This document shows positions 14,101 to 28,200 of a DNA stretch of 64,000 nucleotides, piece after piece. The notes beneath the pieces are model-generated. The model did no database searches. It saw only the letters and a program-made list of their open reading frames with translations, and had not been told where the DNA came from. A program made the position numbers and the translations under genes. The stretch is from Antedon mediterranea (Eukaryota; Animalia; Echinodermata). The stretch's first letter is position 1, and every line of letters begins with the position of its first letter. The stretch is from NCBI RefSeq assembly GCF_964355755.1, contig NC_092675.1:16774912-16838911 (forward strand), in the 5' to 3' direction.

Positions 14101-15300
14101 CTGGTCCAACCAGAACAGAATCAAGTACTTGGTCGTTCTCTTCACTTTCTGCTGATCCAACATATATAATTTTCCATTCTAAATCTGTAAAAGGCATAAA
14201 GAAATTAAAGCCTATACAATATTTCATCCTGAACTGATTTTAAAGGTGTATTGTCCCATAAACACACGAAAAATGAAGATTATTAAAATCAAATTTTTAA
14301 TAGGCCATTTTGTAGTTTTAATTAGTTAGGAAAAAAAAAGTTCACTTATAAAATGACAAAATAAATAAATTCAACCAAAAACCCATTGGCTGGCAGCCAA
14401 TTTGACTATTTTTTGCATTAAATTACTACTTAAATTATTTTTTTCAGGTAAATAATTTTTTTTCAATCCAATTTTGGTCAAAGTGGATAACTATTACTGT
14501 ATGGCATATTCAACAAAAAATATGCAAACAATTATTTTTCAGGGGGACAATAGATCTTTAATTGCATTTTTTGTCATTTTATTTATTAAATGTGATGAAA
14601 CATATAGGCCCTACATATCAAAAGTATTATATAATCTACCATCTGAATCTACAATCATATCATTCTGAGATGGGTTTACAATTCACACTTTAATTTAAAT
14701 CAAAATATGAATGGTTCATTACAAAAATAATATAAAATATAAGAACATCACACTATTTTATTTAAGATGCATTATCCCACAAATTATGAAAAATGAAGAT
14801 TAATTAAATCAGACTTTCAATAGCTTATTTTATACAGTAGTTTTAATAAAGTTATTCTGTAGAAAAAAGAGCCGAATGAAAATAATTAATTATTTATAAA
14901 ATGAACAAAATATTAAGTAAATATTAAATTGAACAAAAAAAACCCATTGGCCATACATTGGCCGGCAGCTAATTTGACTATTTTTACTACAAATTACAGT
15001 TTTTTCAGGTAAATAAATGTTTTTCTGATCCATTTTTTAAAATATCAAAATGGGTAACTATATGTGACATTAAAATGGCATATTCAACAATTTTAAGAAT
15101 TATTATACAGAGGAAAATACATCTTTAATAGAAACAAACATTTTTTTCTGGTTGTTGATAAAATAGAAAGATAATACAGACTTAATCTTACCCTCGGCCA
15201 AATCTTCTAAACATTCAAATGTAATTTCAAATTGAAATGGATTAAGGAAAGATGCAGGATTGTCCAGTACTCGCACGTTGGTTATTTGAACTTTAGACAT
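2168..15300 (-). CDS. ASF1: Histone chaperone ASF1; coding exons 15300-15192, 14184-14069, 9779-9603, 2416-2168
   Basis: Peptides [15 protein letters not shown]...[70 protein letters not shown] and [23 protein letters not shown] junctions are in phase (109/116/177/249 nt). Confidence 0.97.
2609..3107. mobile_element. Solo LTR (about 499 bp)
   Basis: TGTT...AACA termini, ATAT duplicated on both sides (2605-2608, 3108-3111), internal AATAAA near 2824. Confidence 0.6.
5426..7821 (+). mobile_element. Penelope-like element (Neptune-type), frameshifted, RT core deleted
   Basis: Fragments VDFMDTIV...[38 protein letters not shown], a CKTC finger and [33 protein letters not shown]. It has a 3' hammerhead motif and (TA)n on both sides. 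Confidence 0.9.
7657..7697 (+). ncRNA. Minimal type-I hammerhead ribozyme motif of the Penelope 3' repeat (C3>A variant, probably inactive)
   Basis: TTGCA-ATGATGA-A-GGGC-tagtgtt-GCCC-GAAA-GCTC-TGCAA. Confidence 0.6.
9886..13309. mobile_element. Second long-TIR element (Academ-like), TIRs about 800 bp
   Basis: TAGTCCAGTC...GACTGGACTA termini and a 3-bp TGG TSD (9883-9885, 13310-13312). The left arm (9886-10160 plus 10912-~11440) mirrors ~12510-13309. Confidence 0.85.
10161..10909. mobile_element. Tc1/mariner-type MITE nested in the left TIR of the Academ-like element
   Basis: TA-CCGTAGTTCC...GGAACTATGG-TA with TIRs containing CGGGTATAATCCCACC. The right TIR of the host element shows the empty site (cctacaaaatTAatag). 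Confidence 0.85.
14244..14557. mobile_element. Kolobok-like MITE (related copies at ~14762-15095 and, inverted, at ~38035-38215)
   Basis: TTAA-AGGTGTATTGTCCC...GGGACAATAGATCT-TTAA. Confidence 0.7.
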
Positions 15301-15471
15301 GTTTCCCTAAATTTCTCAACAATATTTATTATTATAAATATAAATAAGGATTGCAATAGATTTCGGACTGAATCTACTTGTAGTTGAACTTCACTTTATT
15401 TTTTTTTCCTGAAAGAAAAACAGTACAATACAATTTGTCAATAAAATTAATATTTTAAAACCATTACTAAT

Positions 15472-15827
15472 ATAGAGTTCTGCGGTGTGACTAGCTAGCT
15501 AACCAAAAAATAGGTTCAACGCTACTACATGTTGATCAACTATATAGATCTGTATTTCTATCAAATTATGTATCTTAGCTTTTTTTTTAAACTTAAACTG
15601 TAGTTGAAGAATAAATAGATTAATTATTAAAAACAAATATTTAGTGATCTTTTGAAATTTTAGGTTGCTTTTATTGAAAATTATTAAGTTTTAAAATGAC
15701 TACTTTAATAAATCTATTCCAAACCATTGGTGACCTTGGAGTCACTCAGGCAGGTTGAACGCATTTTTTGGTTGGCTAGCAACCACGCAGCGCCATCTAC
15801 CATGACATCAGCACCGCAAAACTCTAT
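15472..15827. mobile_element. MITE, possibly ISL2EU/PIF-like
   Basis: ATAGAGTTCTGCGGTG...CACCGCAAAACTCTAT inverted termini plus inverted subterminal blocks. Confidence 0.6.
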
Positions 15828-17159
15828 TGGCACAAATATTTAAAAAAAAGGATGAGGATATACGTAAAGCCGCTGGACGTATAACGTTTATTTTGTTATA
15901 CTGTACCATACAATAGCCTCAACACAAACCCACGTCACACAGGTGGCTTGCAGAAAAACCCTTTCCATAAATAAAAGAACGGAAAAAAGGTAATCCTAAA
16001 TGACGTGAATTAACACGGTGACATCTAAATGCTCTATAATTGGTTGCCTGTCGCGGTACGTATAAGTATAACAGTTGTTATACTGTAAGTACCGTCGCTG
16101 TACGTATAGCCAGTCCAAAAAACAACAAAAAACTCATTATAATAAACTTCAGCAGCTTTATGAAAAAAAAAAAGAAACAAATGAACACTAAATCCTAAAC
16201 AATAAAATAATAATAATAAAACCCTGATTTATGTAAATTTAATAAATAATATTACTAGGCCTATTTGTTATTGTTGTATTCAATCTGAATTCTTATGAGC
16301 TTTTTTATAATTAGCAGCAGGCTTCACTTTTTCAAATTTGCACATTCTTTTTACCGCAAATGATACAGTAACCTCTAGTACTAGGGTGAACAGACGATCG
16401 AGGCCATCATGGAGACGATAGGGCTCATTTTTAATGTGCCCGATCGTCTTATACGTTGGCCCGTCTTATATAAGTGACCGAGTTTTACACAACAGACCTG
16501 TTTGAAAATATATTTTATTATCATCGACATCAGTTTACTGACTAGGCCTATAGTAGTAGAGGCCTAGCTAGGCCCTAGTCGCAAAAACGATTCCAGGCCA
16601 ACTTTAGGCCTGGTGTCTTTACTATGTGGATTTTTACGAAACTTTGTTGTCAGATTTATTTATAAAATGTCATACATTTTTAGATAGTGATTAACCTGTT
16701 TTTATATAGGCCTATCGATGCCGTGTAAGTAACGTTGACTTTGTTTGTTGATCTCACCGGGCCATATTTTCATATTTAAAATCGTATTATTAACTTTGAA
16801 AATCTATAATTAAATTGATCATGACTAACCATAGTCAATTTACTTTCTATACTACGTATTCACAATTATTGTGAGGAGTAAATGCGTTGGGTTTCTGAAA
16901 CAAAAATCGAATGACTAAAATTAAATTATTTTTATAGATTCTGTAAGTAAATGCGATGTTATCGTTGATTGATTGTACGATTTTGAGTTGTATTTTGTGC
17001 ACACTACCATTTCGTTGGGTCTTCCGTGCTTGGCTTTTGCGTGCAGTTTTCTCTCTGTTGTATGGTCTTAGCTTTAGAAGCATCCATCAATATTTTTTTT
17101 TAAAATAATATAAAAATTAGTTTTTCGGTATTTAGATTTTTTTTATTTTGTTTTATTTA

Positions 17160-17497
17160 TGCACTTGTCAATTGTATGACTCACTATACGACCCCCGGGA
17201 GAGGTGCGTCATGGGTGCGTCATTTACAAATAATTACTGACGCAGGGGTGCGTCAAAAAACCTAGATGGTACGTCACATCAATGATCAAGGTGTGTCAAT
17301 GTCCGTCACTTTACCACCCACCATATCATAAACAACATGGTCACAGTGCGTCAAAATGGGTGCGTCATGGTCACCTAAAGGTAAGTCACCTTTTTGACGC
17401 ACGGGTGCGTCATGGTATTCAAAAGTATGACGCACATCGGACAAATGACGCACCTCTCCCGGGGGTCGTATAGTGGGTCATACAATTGACAAGTGCA
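17160..17497. mobile_element. PIF/Harbinger-like MITE with internal GTGCGTCA repeats
   Basis: About 52-bp TIRs (TGCACTTGTCAATTGTATGA...) and a TTA TSD. Confidence 0.8.
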
Positions 17498-17975
17498 TTA
17501 GACTGACCCCTACCTACTACTAGTCTACTACTACCCCTAGCATATACCGCCAGGTTTCTGCAGCTCCTCCTACACACTTACTACACACAGTCACAGACAC
17601 ACTGCTGAGTGCTGCGATTGGTGGACTATTACTTCTACTTTGACAGAGCTTCTATCTATCTGCTAGGCTAGAGAGTAGATAGAGGCCTAGTATTTATACC
17701 GGATCCGTATTTTACCATACACATAACAGGCCTATAGCCTACATTAGTACATATATACAGGCCTAGCTAGACCTAATAGCCTAGCTAGCCTAGTGAATTA
17801 CTTCACTTATTTAATAAGAACAATATACACCACATACCTAAAAATATGTGTAAACAGCTAACAAAATATTTATACAACAATATATATAAAACAGTTAATT
17901 ATTCATTGCTGATAGTAGTAGAAATTTCACGTAAATTAATCAATGAAAATCAAATCTTTAGCTATCTGTAAATAA

Positions 17976-17985
17976 TTCGCGCGAA
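17976..17985. promoter_or_regulatory. Palindromic E2F-like site near the likely ASF1 transcription start
   Basis: TTCGCGCGAA lies just upstream of a minus-strand non-coding exon with a GTATGT donor near 17838. Confidence 0.45.
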
Positions 17986-18258
17986 GTACATTCGATTTAA
18001 CAAAACTAAAGGTCAAAGTACAAAATAATTACTTTGTATTCCCTATCATCAATAGCTTATTTTTAAAAAACTTTTCAATAGTAAGTAAAAAAAAATAGAT
18101 AAATTAATCGATATATTTTATAGAATTGTAAGTTAAGTTATTCTAGTAAATATATTTAAATGTGTTTATTTATTATTAAATGAGGTCATGAATTTAATGA
18201 CCTCAGAAAGTATGGGGTTTATCTTCTTCTACGTAAAGATCATAGCCTTGTCACCCTA

Positions 18259-18453
18259 AAGCTTGGTTCCCACTAGCGACGCAACGCAAGGACGTAGTGT
18301 AAACGCAACGCAAGCATTTTAACCAATGGCAAGCGAAGTTATAGACAGTTGTTAGCAATCACAAGCAAATAAGCCATCGCTTGTGATTGGTCAATTCGCT
18401 TTATTTGCGTTGCGTTTACGTCCTTGCGTTACGTTCAAGTGGGAACCACGCTT
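18259..18453. mobile_element. Harbinger-like MITE (second, inverted copy at ~26972-27150)
   Basis: AAGCTTGGTTCCCACT...AGTGGGAACCACGCTT TIRs, internal CGCAACGCAAG repeats, TWA-like flanks. Confidence 0.75.
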
Positions 18454-19242
18454 TAGGCAAAATATTTAAATTAACTGTACTGTATACTTTCTTTGGTAAT
18501 ACCATAGAGAAAACTAATAACTCCACGATAATACTCGCACTGCTCTGTTTTTTCGTCATTTATAGGAATATATTTTATACCTTCATGTTTTAATGAAGCA
18601 AGGCTACAATACTAACATCATGTTCATGTACTTAAGTCCTGTATATCATCTTTTATTATCATGTATGTGATCATCCCTCGGTTCACTTTTTCCTATTAAA
18701 TAATCCTGGCTCATAGTCATAGGCGAAATGTTCAGAATCCGTAGCCATACAACCCTGGACTTTTGTGTATTCATTTTTTTTCACGACAATAATAATTAAT
18801 ATTTATTGTAGATTATGAGTAATGCTTTGATTTCATTAATGTCTTTAAAAATGTTCGAATCCTAACAATGGAATAGTCCCAAGCGCTGAAAGCATGGGAT
18901 GGATGATCGATCAATTATGCCTACAACAAAAGCACGTGGAATTTAAGGTTACATAAATAGACGTACATGTTTTAAACTGATAGAAATAGAAATGTTTTTT
19001 ATCTGAATTCTAAATTGTATTATGTCAATCATATCTAATGATAAGAGATTACGTGAAAAAATGTTCTTGCTCCGATCCACAGAGGGCGCAGATTTATCAA
19101 GGCAACCGTGCCGTAGAAGAAGTGACGTACAAACCGAATTTTACAGTCTTTTTGTGGTCTTTGTTTTGTTTTTAATTTTTAGTATTAGTTTGCCAAAAGG
19201 AAATTAACAATTGAAATCAATACACTCATATCTATCTGTACA

Positions 19243-22200
19243 ATGGAACCATCATTTACATTTTCGTGTTCACTCGTTGGTCATGAGGGAGATGTTCGTG
19301 CAATTTCTGCCGGTACTCATCCTTCTGAATCAAGTATTCTTACGGCTTCCCGCGACCGGACATCCCGGCTATGGGTGAAGTCAAGGTATGTCCGCCTAAG
19401 CCTAGGTCTACGTAGTACACGTCTACAGCGCCTACTACTATGACTGAAATACTCATTTGAAACATTGGATTAGGCCTAGGCTAGGCAGTAGTGATAGATG
19501 TTTGTTAATAAAATAATTTAATAATTTATAAAAAATGTATTTGTTATATATGCATGTTGTAACGACGCCTTTGGCGTGCCATAATTGTTCTCTCTCTTCT
19601 CTGAATAAATGTTGAGTTGTACACGCTGTGTTTAGAGCCCTTACTTTACATTATAATCTACTATATACAACATAAATTTTGGCGACGAGGATGAGCATGG
19701 CAGTTATAATAGGAAAGGTGGAAGAATTTGATTCATCTTTAGAAGCTTGGGATTCGTATACCGAACGGTTAGATCAATATTTTGTAGCCAACAAGGTCGA
19801 TGATGATCGGAAGGTACCGGCATTGCTTGCACTCATCGGACCGAAAACGTACACGCTACTAAAGAATTTGTGTTCACCGGAGAAACCAGCGACACTGTCT
19901 TACGCAGATTTAATTACAAAGCTCACGACACATCTTTGCCCAAAGCCATCGGAAATCGCGGAACGATTTTGGTTCTACAAAAGAGAACAGCATAGCGGGG
20001 AAAGCATTGCTTCATACATTGCTGAACTACGAAGGTTAGCCATTCATTGCAATTTCGGAAACACTTTGACCTCGACACTGCGAGACATTTTCGTCTGCGG
20101 GTTGCGTCAAGAGAACATTCAGAAACGTTTACTGGTGGTTCATGACCTTAAATTAGATGATGCAATTAAAACCGCTGTAGCTATGGAAACAGCAAGTCGT
20201 GATGCTACAGAATTTCAAAAAACAAGGACACCAAATACTACAGGTGAGAGCAATGTAAATAAGTTTACTACAAAAAATTACCAATCTAAAAGACACCAAG
20301 GTCATAAACAAAGTAAAGCATCTACACACTGTTACAGATGTGGTAATACAGGCCATAAAGCTGATCGCTGCAGGCACATACATACTGTTTGCAATTACTG
20401 TTCCAAGGAAGGACATCTAGAAAAAGTATGCATGAAGAAAAAGAAAGACAATAATGTGTCAAAGCCTAACACTGGTAACCTTAAAAAGAATGTACAGTAT
20501 GTACAGGGAGAGGAAGTCAACTATGAACCTATGCTATATGCAAATCATAAGTCAAAAGTGGAGCCAATTATAGTGGTTGCATCTATAAATGGAAAGAAAA
20601 TCCCTATGGAATTGGACACTGGATCATCAGTATCACTGATTCCAGAGTTGACCTACAAGAAAGCATTCCAGTCGTTACCATTACAGAAAACTACAATTAG
20701 GTTGAAAACATATTCTGGTGAGACTATTGTACCAATAGGCATGCTAAATACTAAAGTGTGTCTTAACAATCATGAAGAAATTGCAGAGTTATTGGTCGTT
20801 CCATTGAACGGACCAGCCTTATTCGGACGTGATTGGCTAAAGAAGTTTAAATTAGATTGGCATGAAATAAAAGCCATTGATGAGGCAAAAGCAACAACTA
20901 AAGGTCTGGATGAAATTTTAGAAAAACATAAAGCTGTTTTTAAAGATGAATTGGGGAAACTGGAGAATATTAAAGCTAGTATCTACATCACTGAAAACAG
21001 CAAACCACAGTTCCACAAGCCAAGAAATGTCCCATATTCAATGAGGGACAAGGTCGAAAAAGAGCTTGGACGACTACAAAATCAAGAGATTATTAGCCCT
21101 GTGAAATACAGCGAATGGGCAGCTCCCATTGTACCTGTACAGAAGAAGTCAGGGCAAGTTAGAATCTGTGGTGACTTTAAAGTTACAATTAATCCTGTGA
21201 TGAAAGTAGAACAGTACCCATTACCTAAAATAGAAGATATCTTTGCATCTCTAGCAGGAGGTCAGAAATTTACAAAAATTGACCTTAAACAAGCATATTT
21301 ACAGATGGAAGTGGAAGACACTTCAAAGGAACTGTTAACTATTAATACGCATAAAGGGTTATTTAGATATAACCGACTTCCATTTGGTGTAGCCTCAGCT
21401 CCTGCAATCTGGCAAAGAGCGATGGACCAGGTACTGCAAAATGTACCCTTTACATCTTGCATATTGGATGATATGATCATCAGCGGAAAAACAACTGAGG
21501 AACACTTAAAAAACTTGGACACAGTTTTAGAGAGATTAGAGAAATACAACTTAAGAGTAAATCGTGAGAAATGTGAGTTTTTCAAAGAAGACATCACATA
21601 CTGTGGTCATGTGATAACTGAAAAAGGGTTACAGAAATCCCCTGACAAGATACATGCAGTTATCAATGCGCCAAAACCTGACAACAAACAGCAAATGCGA
21701 TCATTCTTGGGTTTGATAAATTACTATCGTAGGTTTTTGCCAAACTTATCGTCCATAGTCGCACCCCTGAATGAACTCTTACAAAATGAAAAAACTTGGA
21801 AATGGACAAATTCATGTGATGAAGCTTTTAAAGCGGTCAAAGAACTTATAACTTCAGACCAAGTTCTATGCCACTATAATCCTGAACTAACAGTTAAACT
21901 AGCCTGTGATGCATTGCCATACGGCCTTGGTAGCGTTCTTTCACATATTATGCCAGATGGAAAGGAAAGACCAATTGCATTTGCTTCTCGCTCCTTAACA
22001 AAAGCTGAAAAGGGCTATGCCCAAATAGATAAGGAAGCATTAGGACTTTATTGGGGAATACAAAAGTTTCATACTTACCTGCATGGCCGACATTTTACTT
22101 TGGTTACAGATCATAAGCCGCTAGTAAGCATCTTGCATCCACAAAAGTCAATTCCAGCAATGACTGCTGCAAGACTACAAAGATATGCCCTTTACCTATC

Positions 22201-25200
22201 TGGACATACATATGATATCGAATATCGCAACACGCACGCTCATGGGAATGCTGATGGATTGAGTAGATTGCCTATACCTACAGATGTGATTGATTACGTC
22301 GATGAGGCATCTACATTCTACACCTCCCAGATTGAAAGGTTGCCGATATCAAGTACAGAAATACGGAAAGAAACACAGAAAGATCAGATTCTGTCACATG
22401 TATTAGATACTGTTTTAAAAGGGACTAACAAACTTCCTGACAAAGAAGCGTACACACCCTACAAGCGCCGTCTTACAGAACTTACTTGCCATCAAGGGTG
22501 TTTAATGTGGGGAAATCGAGTACTAATTCCAGATAGACTTCGTGCTGCTATTCTTAATGAAATACATGATGGACACATTGGGATTGTTAAGATGAAAAAC
22601 TTAGCTCGCTCTTACATCTGGTGGCCTAACATTGATTGCGAAATTGAACAAGTTTGTAAATCTTGTATCGGTTGCCAGCAAACAAGCAAAATGCCAAAAT
22701 CCGCACCAGTACACCCTTGGGAGTGGCCATCTGCCCCATGGGATCGCTTACATATAGATTTTGCAGGGCCATTCATGAACTCTATGTTTTTAATTGTTGT
22801 TGACGCCCATAGCAAATGGCCAGAAGTTTATCCAATGAGATCTACTACAGCACAACTGACTATTGAGAAATTGCGAATTATGTTTAGCCAATATGGTATT
22901 CCCAGACAAATTGTATCGGACAACGGTCCTCAATTTAAGTCGGAGGAATTTACAGATTTCATGAAAGCAAATGGTATTCGACATACCACATCATCCCCAT
23001 ATCACCCCAGAACAAATGGCCTAGCAGAGAGATTTGTGCAAACGTTTAAATTGGCCATTAAGCAAGCAAGAGGAAACAGTTGTCGTTCATTACAGCAACA
23101 TCTGAGTACATTTCTGTTTAAGTACAGAACAACTCCTCATACACTTACCAAGGAAACACCTGCAAAATTACTCTACGGACGCAATCTACGAACGCGTTTG
23201 GATCTTTTGAAACCGGATCTAACAGCTACTGTCTTGAAAGGTCAAGATCGTATGAAGTTTGCAAAACATTGTGGAACCAGTATCCGAGAGTTTCAACCCG
23301 GACAATCAGTAATGGTCCGTGATTATCGTAACACAAACCAGAAATGGATACCAGCTCAAATACAAGGAAAAACTGGTCCACTATCTTACACAGTTGACAC
23401 AGGACTTGGAACAGTATGGAGGCGTCATGCTGATCAACTACACCCAACTATGGTGAATGTCACTCCTACAGAAATATTCACCCAGGATGACCATGTTCCA
23501 GAAATACTAAATCCAACAGACGCTCCACAATCAGATAACCTTACTCGAAATGTTAACGCCGACACACCTGTTACAACTGGCAGCGCATCTCTTACACAAG
23601 AAACTGCACCCATACGTCGATATCCAAAAAGAAATAATATTCGCCCACCAAAGAGACTAGACTTGTAAATAGACATGAAACAAGAAGTTGATTTTAGTTG
23701 AACTTTATTATTCATTATTGCATTGAAAGATATTATACAGAAAACTTTGATTGAAACATTATAATTACGAATGATTACAGAACAGTACAGAACTCTAGAA
23801 TCTAGTCTTTACTATTCTTAAAATGGTAGGGAGGATGTGTTATATATGCATGTTGTAACGACGCCTTTGGCGTGCCATAATTGTTCTCTCTCTTCTCTGA
23901 ATAAATGTTGAGTTGTACACGCTGTGTTTAGAGCCCTTACTTTACATTATAATCTACTATATACAACAGTATTAATTTCTTTTAAATATTAATTATTATT
24001 ATTATTAATATTATAGTAATAGTATTATTATAATATTAATTTAATTATTTATAGATAGACAAGTAACATAGCCTTTTAAATAAGCCTAACATATAATTTA
24101 ATTAACGATGATCGATTGACACTCTTTCTCTTTTTATTGTTATCTTTAATAATATAGCCTAAATAATATTACAAAAATAACTGCCCATAAAACATAAAAT
24201 CACTACCATTTGGTTGAGTACACTACAACCACTTCTACAATACAAAACATTTCTTCTTATTTAATTTTTTATCCAAAATGGATAAAATTGCTAATATATT
24301 AATAATAGTTAATACAATATTTTAATTTGTTTCTTTTTCAGTGAGGGAGCCTCATACTTTGAAGGACTGAGTATGAGAGGTCATGAGAATTTTGTAAGCT
24401 CCCTTTGTGTACTACCGCCATCGGACAAGTACCCAACCGGCCTTATTATGACAGGTAGCAATGATTACAATATCAATGCTTATACATTGGACAGTGTTCT
24501 ACCAGTATATACACTTAAAGGCCATGTTAACACAGGTAAACAAGTTTATGGGTTTTGTTTCTTGTTGTGCATATTACTTGCAGGGCCTCCTTAATATCTT
24601 GAAAACCGCTACTAAAAAGTTTACATTTACATTGTTTAAGAAGAATTCGATCCAACTTGGCCCTAAACCGTCTCGGCCAAAGTCAAGTCGGCTCCTAGTC
24701 AAGTCGGCCCCACGTCAACTCGGCCTTAATTCAACTAGGCCTCAAGTCAACTCGGCCTCACATCAACTCGGCCAAAAACTAATCTGTCAACTCAGCCCCA
24801 ATAAAGTATGGAACGCAAAAAGCAAAGCGAAATGACAAAATAATAATATAATTTTAAATATATTATTTTTTATAAACATTTTTATTTTACTGTAATCTAA
24901 TAATTATCTATCTATATCTAAGAATATTTTGATTCATTCTGGGAAAATTCTTGTATGTATCAAAATAAGCTATATAGGCCTAGGCCTACATAGCAAACAC
25001 ATACTGAGACTAAACAATTACATCACAACTAATAATATTTAAATAAATACTACCTATCAATTAAACAAAAAACAACCAAGTGTGTTATAATTTATTTTGA
25101 ATTTTCCGTTTTATTTTGTCTAGGCCTATGTGTAGGCCTAACCTTATTAATCCTGCCATTATAATATTAACTATTAGCACTTTTTGCGTTCTATACTTTA

Positions 25201-28200
25201 ATGGGGCGGAATTGACCGAGTTGACGTGAGGCCAAGTTGGCTTAAAGGCGAGATGACGTGAGGCCGATTTGACTTGAGGCCGACGTGACTTGGGCCGAGT
25301 TGACCTTGGGCCGACTTTACTTTGACGATTTAGGGCCGATTTGACCTGCATCCTTTAAGAATGTGTCTACATTTTTACGACAATACTTCATTTAAAATGA
25401 TAAAATATAATAATGTTATTATAAAAATAATAAACCCTGGAGAATACATGTATATTTTATCATTAAACATCTTGTAATTATTTCAATTTTGTATGTTTAC
25501 AAATTAATTTCTCATGTTTGATATTGTTTATAGTGTGTTGCCTGGCAGCTGGTAAATTTGGCACATTACTAAGTGGATCTTGGGACACGACAGCTAAAGT
25601 CTGGTTGAATGAAAATAATGTAATGACATTGAAAGGGCACGAAGCTACAGTATGGGCAGTTGCAATCATTCCAGCCAATGGTATCATGTTAACAGGTTCA
25701 GCTGATAAAACTATAAAGGCATGGAGAGCTGGCAAATGTCAACAAACTCTTAAAGGTAAGATTGTTCTGTATGGGTAGTAAATATGTGATTTTTCTGTAT
25801 TTATTTGAGGCTGTTTCTCTTGGAAAAATGTAAGTAATTAAACAAGAATCGGATATGTTGTACATTAGGTGCAGTATGTTCCAATTTGGGACACGAGTGA
25901 CCCTGCCCTTGATGAGCTTTAGGATCTTCCTGGACAAGACCACCTGTTAAGGGACCCACTTTAGGCGAGACAACCTAATTTATATATTTTAAAGTAAAAT
26001 GAAAAAATGTATAGTAAATATACAGTATATAGGGCACATAAATTGCTGGTCTCACTATCACAATAATGGGGACAGTTACCAGAACAAGTAGCAAGTAAGT
26101 AAGCATGTCCAAGGATAAAAACAGTTTTACTATATATTATTGATTTTTGCAGGTCATACTGATTGTGTTCGTGCAATTGCCATTCTTTCTGAGACCCAGT
26201 TTCTTTCATCTAGTAATGACACTACTATACGGCGATGGACCATAAGCGGAGAATGCATGTTTGAATATAAAGGTCATACAGGGTTCGTGTACAGTATCGC
26301 CCTCTTGCCAAACGGTGAAGATTTTGTCTCATCAGGGGAAGATCGAACCGTGCGTGTGTGGCGGGATGGACAGTGTCACCAGACCATAACTCTACCTGCT
26401 CAGTCTGTGTGGTGTGTTACTTGTCTTCCCAATGGCGATATTGCTGCTGGATCTAGGTATATACAAGACAATCTAACAACAAGACACTGGGCTTGCTTTG
26501 CCAAGATATGAACTTGTAACAGTCCTTTGATCTTATGTCTGGCTGCGACAAATACCAACAGTACTGTACTATGTACATATTCTCCACAGCGAAGTTTCTG
26601 TTAAGGGGTGTGGAACTGATCGTGTCTTCTGAGCTCAGCATCCTGTTGTTAGATTGCCCTGATTTACATTTTCACTTTTCATTAATATTCTCTAAAATAA
26701 TGGTTAAAAGAGTAAAAAATCATCTTGTAAATCAATATTTCATTTTACAAATTGTTACCTCTAATTTTAAAAATGTTGGTACTCCTAAAAATCAATAAAA
26801 TGTAGTATGCAAGGGAGTTTATTTCATAAGATAATACAAAATTCAGTCCCTATAACGTGAACACCTTTAGGACCCAATAAAGTGTCCTCTTAATAGTGAT
26901 GTCCCATGAATAGAGGTTGGCTGTAGTGTTGAGATGTTTCTCCTTGTTCCTTTCATAACTAAGTGTCTCTTAAGCTTGGTTCCCACTAGAACGTAACGCA
27001 AGGACGTAAACGCAACGCAAGCGTTTTAACCAATGACAAGCGAAGTTATAGACAGTTAGCAATCACAGCGAATAAGCCATGGCTTGTGATTGCTCAATTC
27101 ACTTGCGTTGCGTTACGTCCTTGTGTTGCGTCGCTAGTGGGAACCACGCGTCAATGTGGGTGTCCCCTGAATAGGGGTCCCAAAGAGGGGTTCAACTGTA
27201 TTTACAAGCTTTGCCTATCTCAGTTTGTAAATTGATTACCTGTTATTATATACACAGTGATAACATGGCACGGGTGTTTACTAGAGATCATTCTAGGAAG
27301 GCTAGTGCAGATGAAGTGGAATTGTTCAACCAACAAGTAGCATCCTCGGCTATTCCTGTCCAATCAAGTGATCTTGGAGGCATTCGACCTGAGGACCTTC
27401 CTGGAAAAGAAGATCTTATTAATCCAGGTGAGTGAGTGCAGTGGATCCATGGGTCCTGTGTTCAATTCCTGTCAGATGTTAAGCTCTGTCTACACTTGTT
27501 TGACAAAAAAAGTGTGATGTGCCCTAATATGATAGTGATATGATCGTGTCCATATATGGGCACATGAAGTTTGATAGTATAGAAAGAGCTTAAGAAATGT
27601 GTTCAACAATATCTTTACCCATAGTATATCATTTTGCATGTTCGTCAGTTTGATAGTGTAGACAGAGCTTTCTGATTTCGACTTGGGTAGAGCATCTTGT
27701 TGACTTGGGTAGAGCATCTTGTTGACTTGGGTAGAGCATCTTGTTGACTTGGGTAGAGCATCTTGTTGACTTGGGTAGAGCATCTTGTTGACTTGGGTAG
27801 AGCATCTTGTTGACTTGGGTAGAGCATCTTGTTGACTTGGGTAGAGCATCTTGTTGACTTGGGTAGAGCATCTTGTTGACTTGGGTAGAGCATCTTGTTG
27901 ACTTGGGTAGAGCATCTTGTTGACTTGGGTAGAGCATCTTGTTGACTTGGGTAGAGCATCTTGTTGACTTGGGTAGACCATCTTGTTGACTTGGGTAGAG
28001 CATCTTGTTGACTTGGGTAGAGCATCTTGTTGACTTGGGTAGAGCATCTTGTTGACTTGGGTAGACCATCTTGTTGACTTGGGTAGAGCATCTTGTTGAC
28101 TTGGGTAGAGCATCTTGTTGACTTGGGTAGAGCATCTTGTTGACTTGGGTAGAGCATCTTGTTGACTTGGGTAGAGCATCTTGTTGACTTGGGTAGAGCA

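Noticed and set aside
19076-19090. CTCF-like motif TCCACAGAGGGCGC upstream of PLAA
   Set aside because: The 5' half is out of register with the consensus, so it is too weak without data.
20153-23715. Antisense ORFs within the Gypsy element
   Set aside because: They are short shadow frames of the Gag-Pol ORF with no recognisable motifs.
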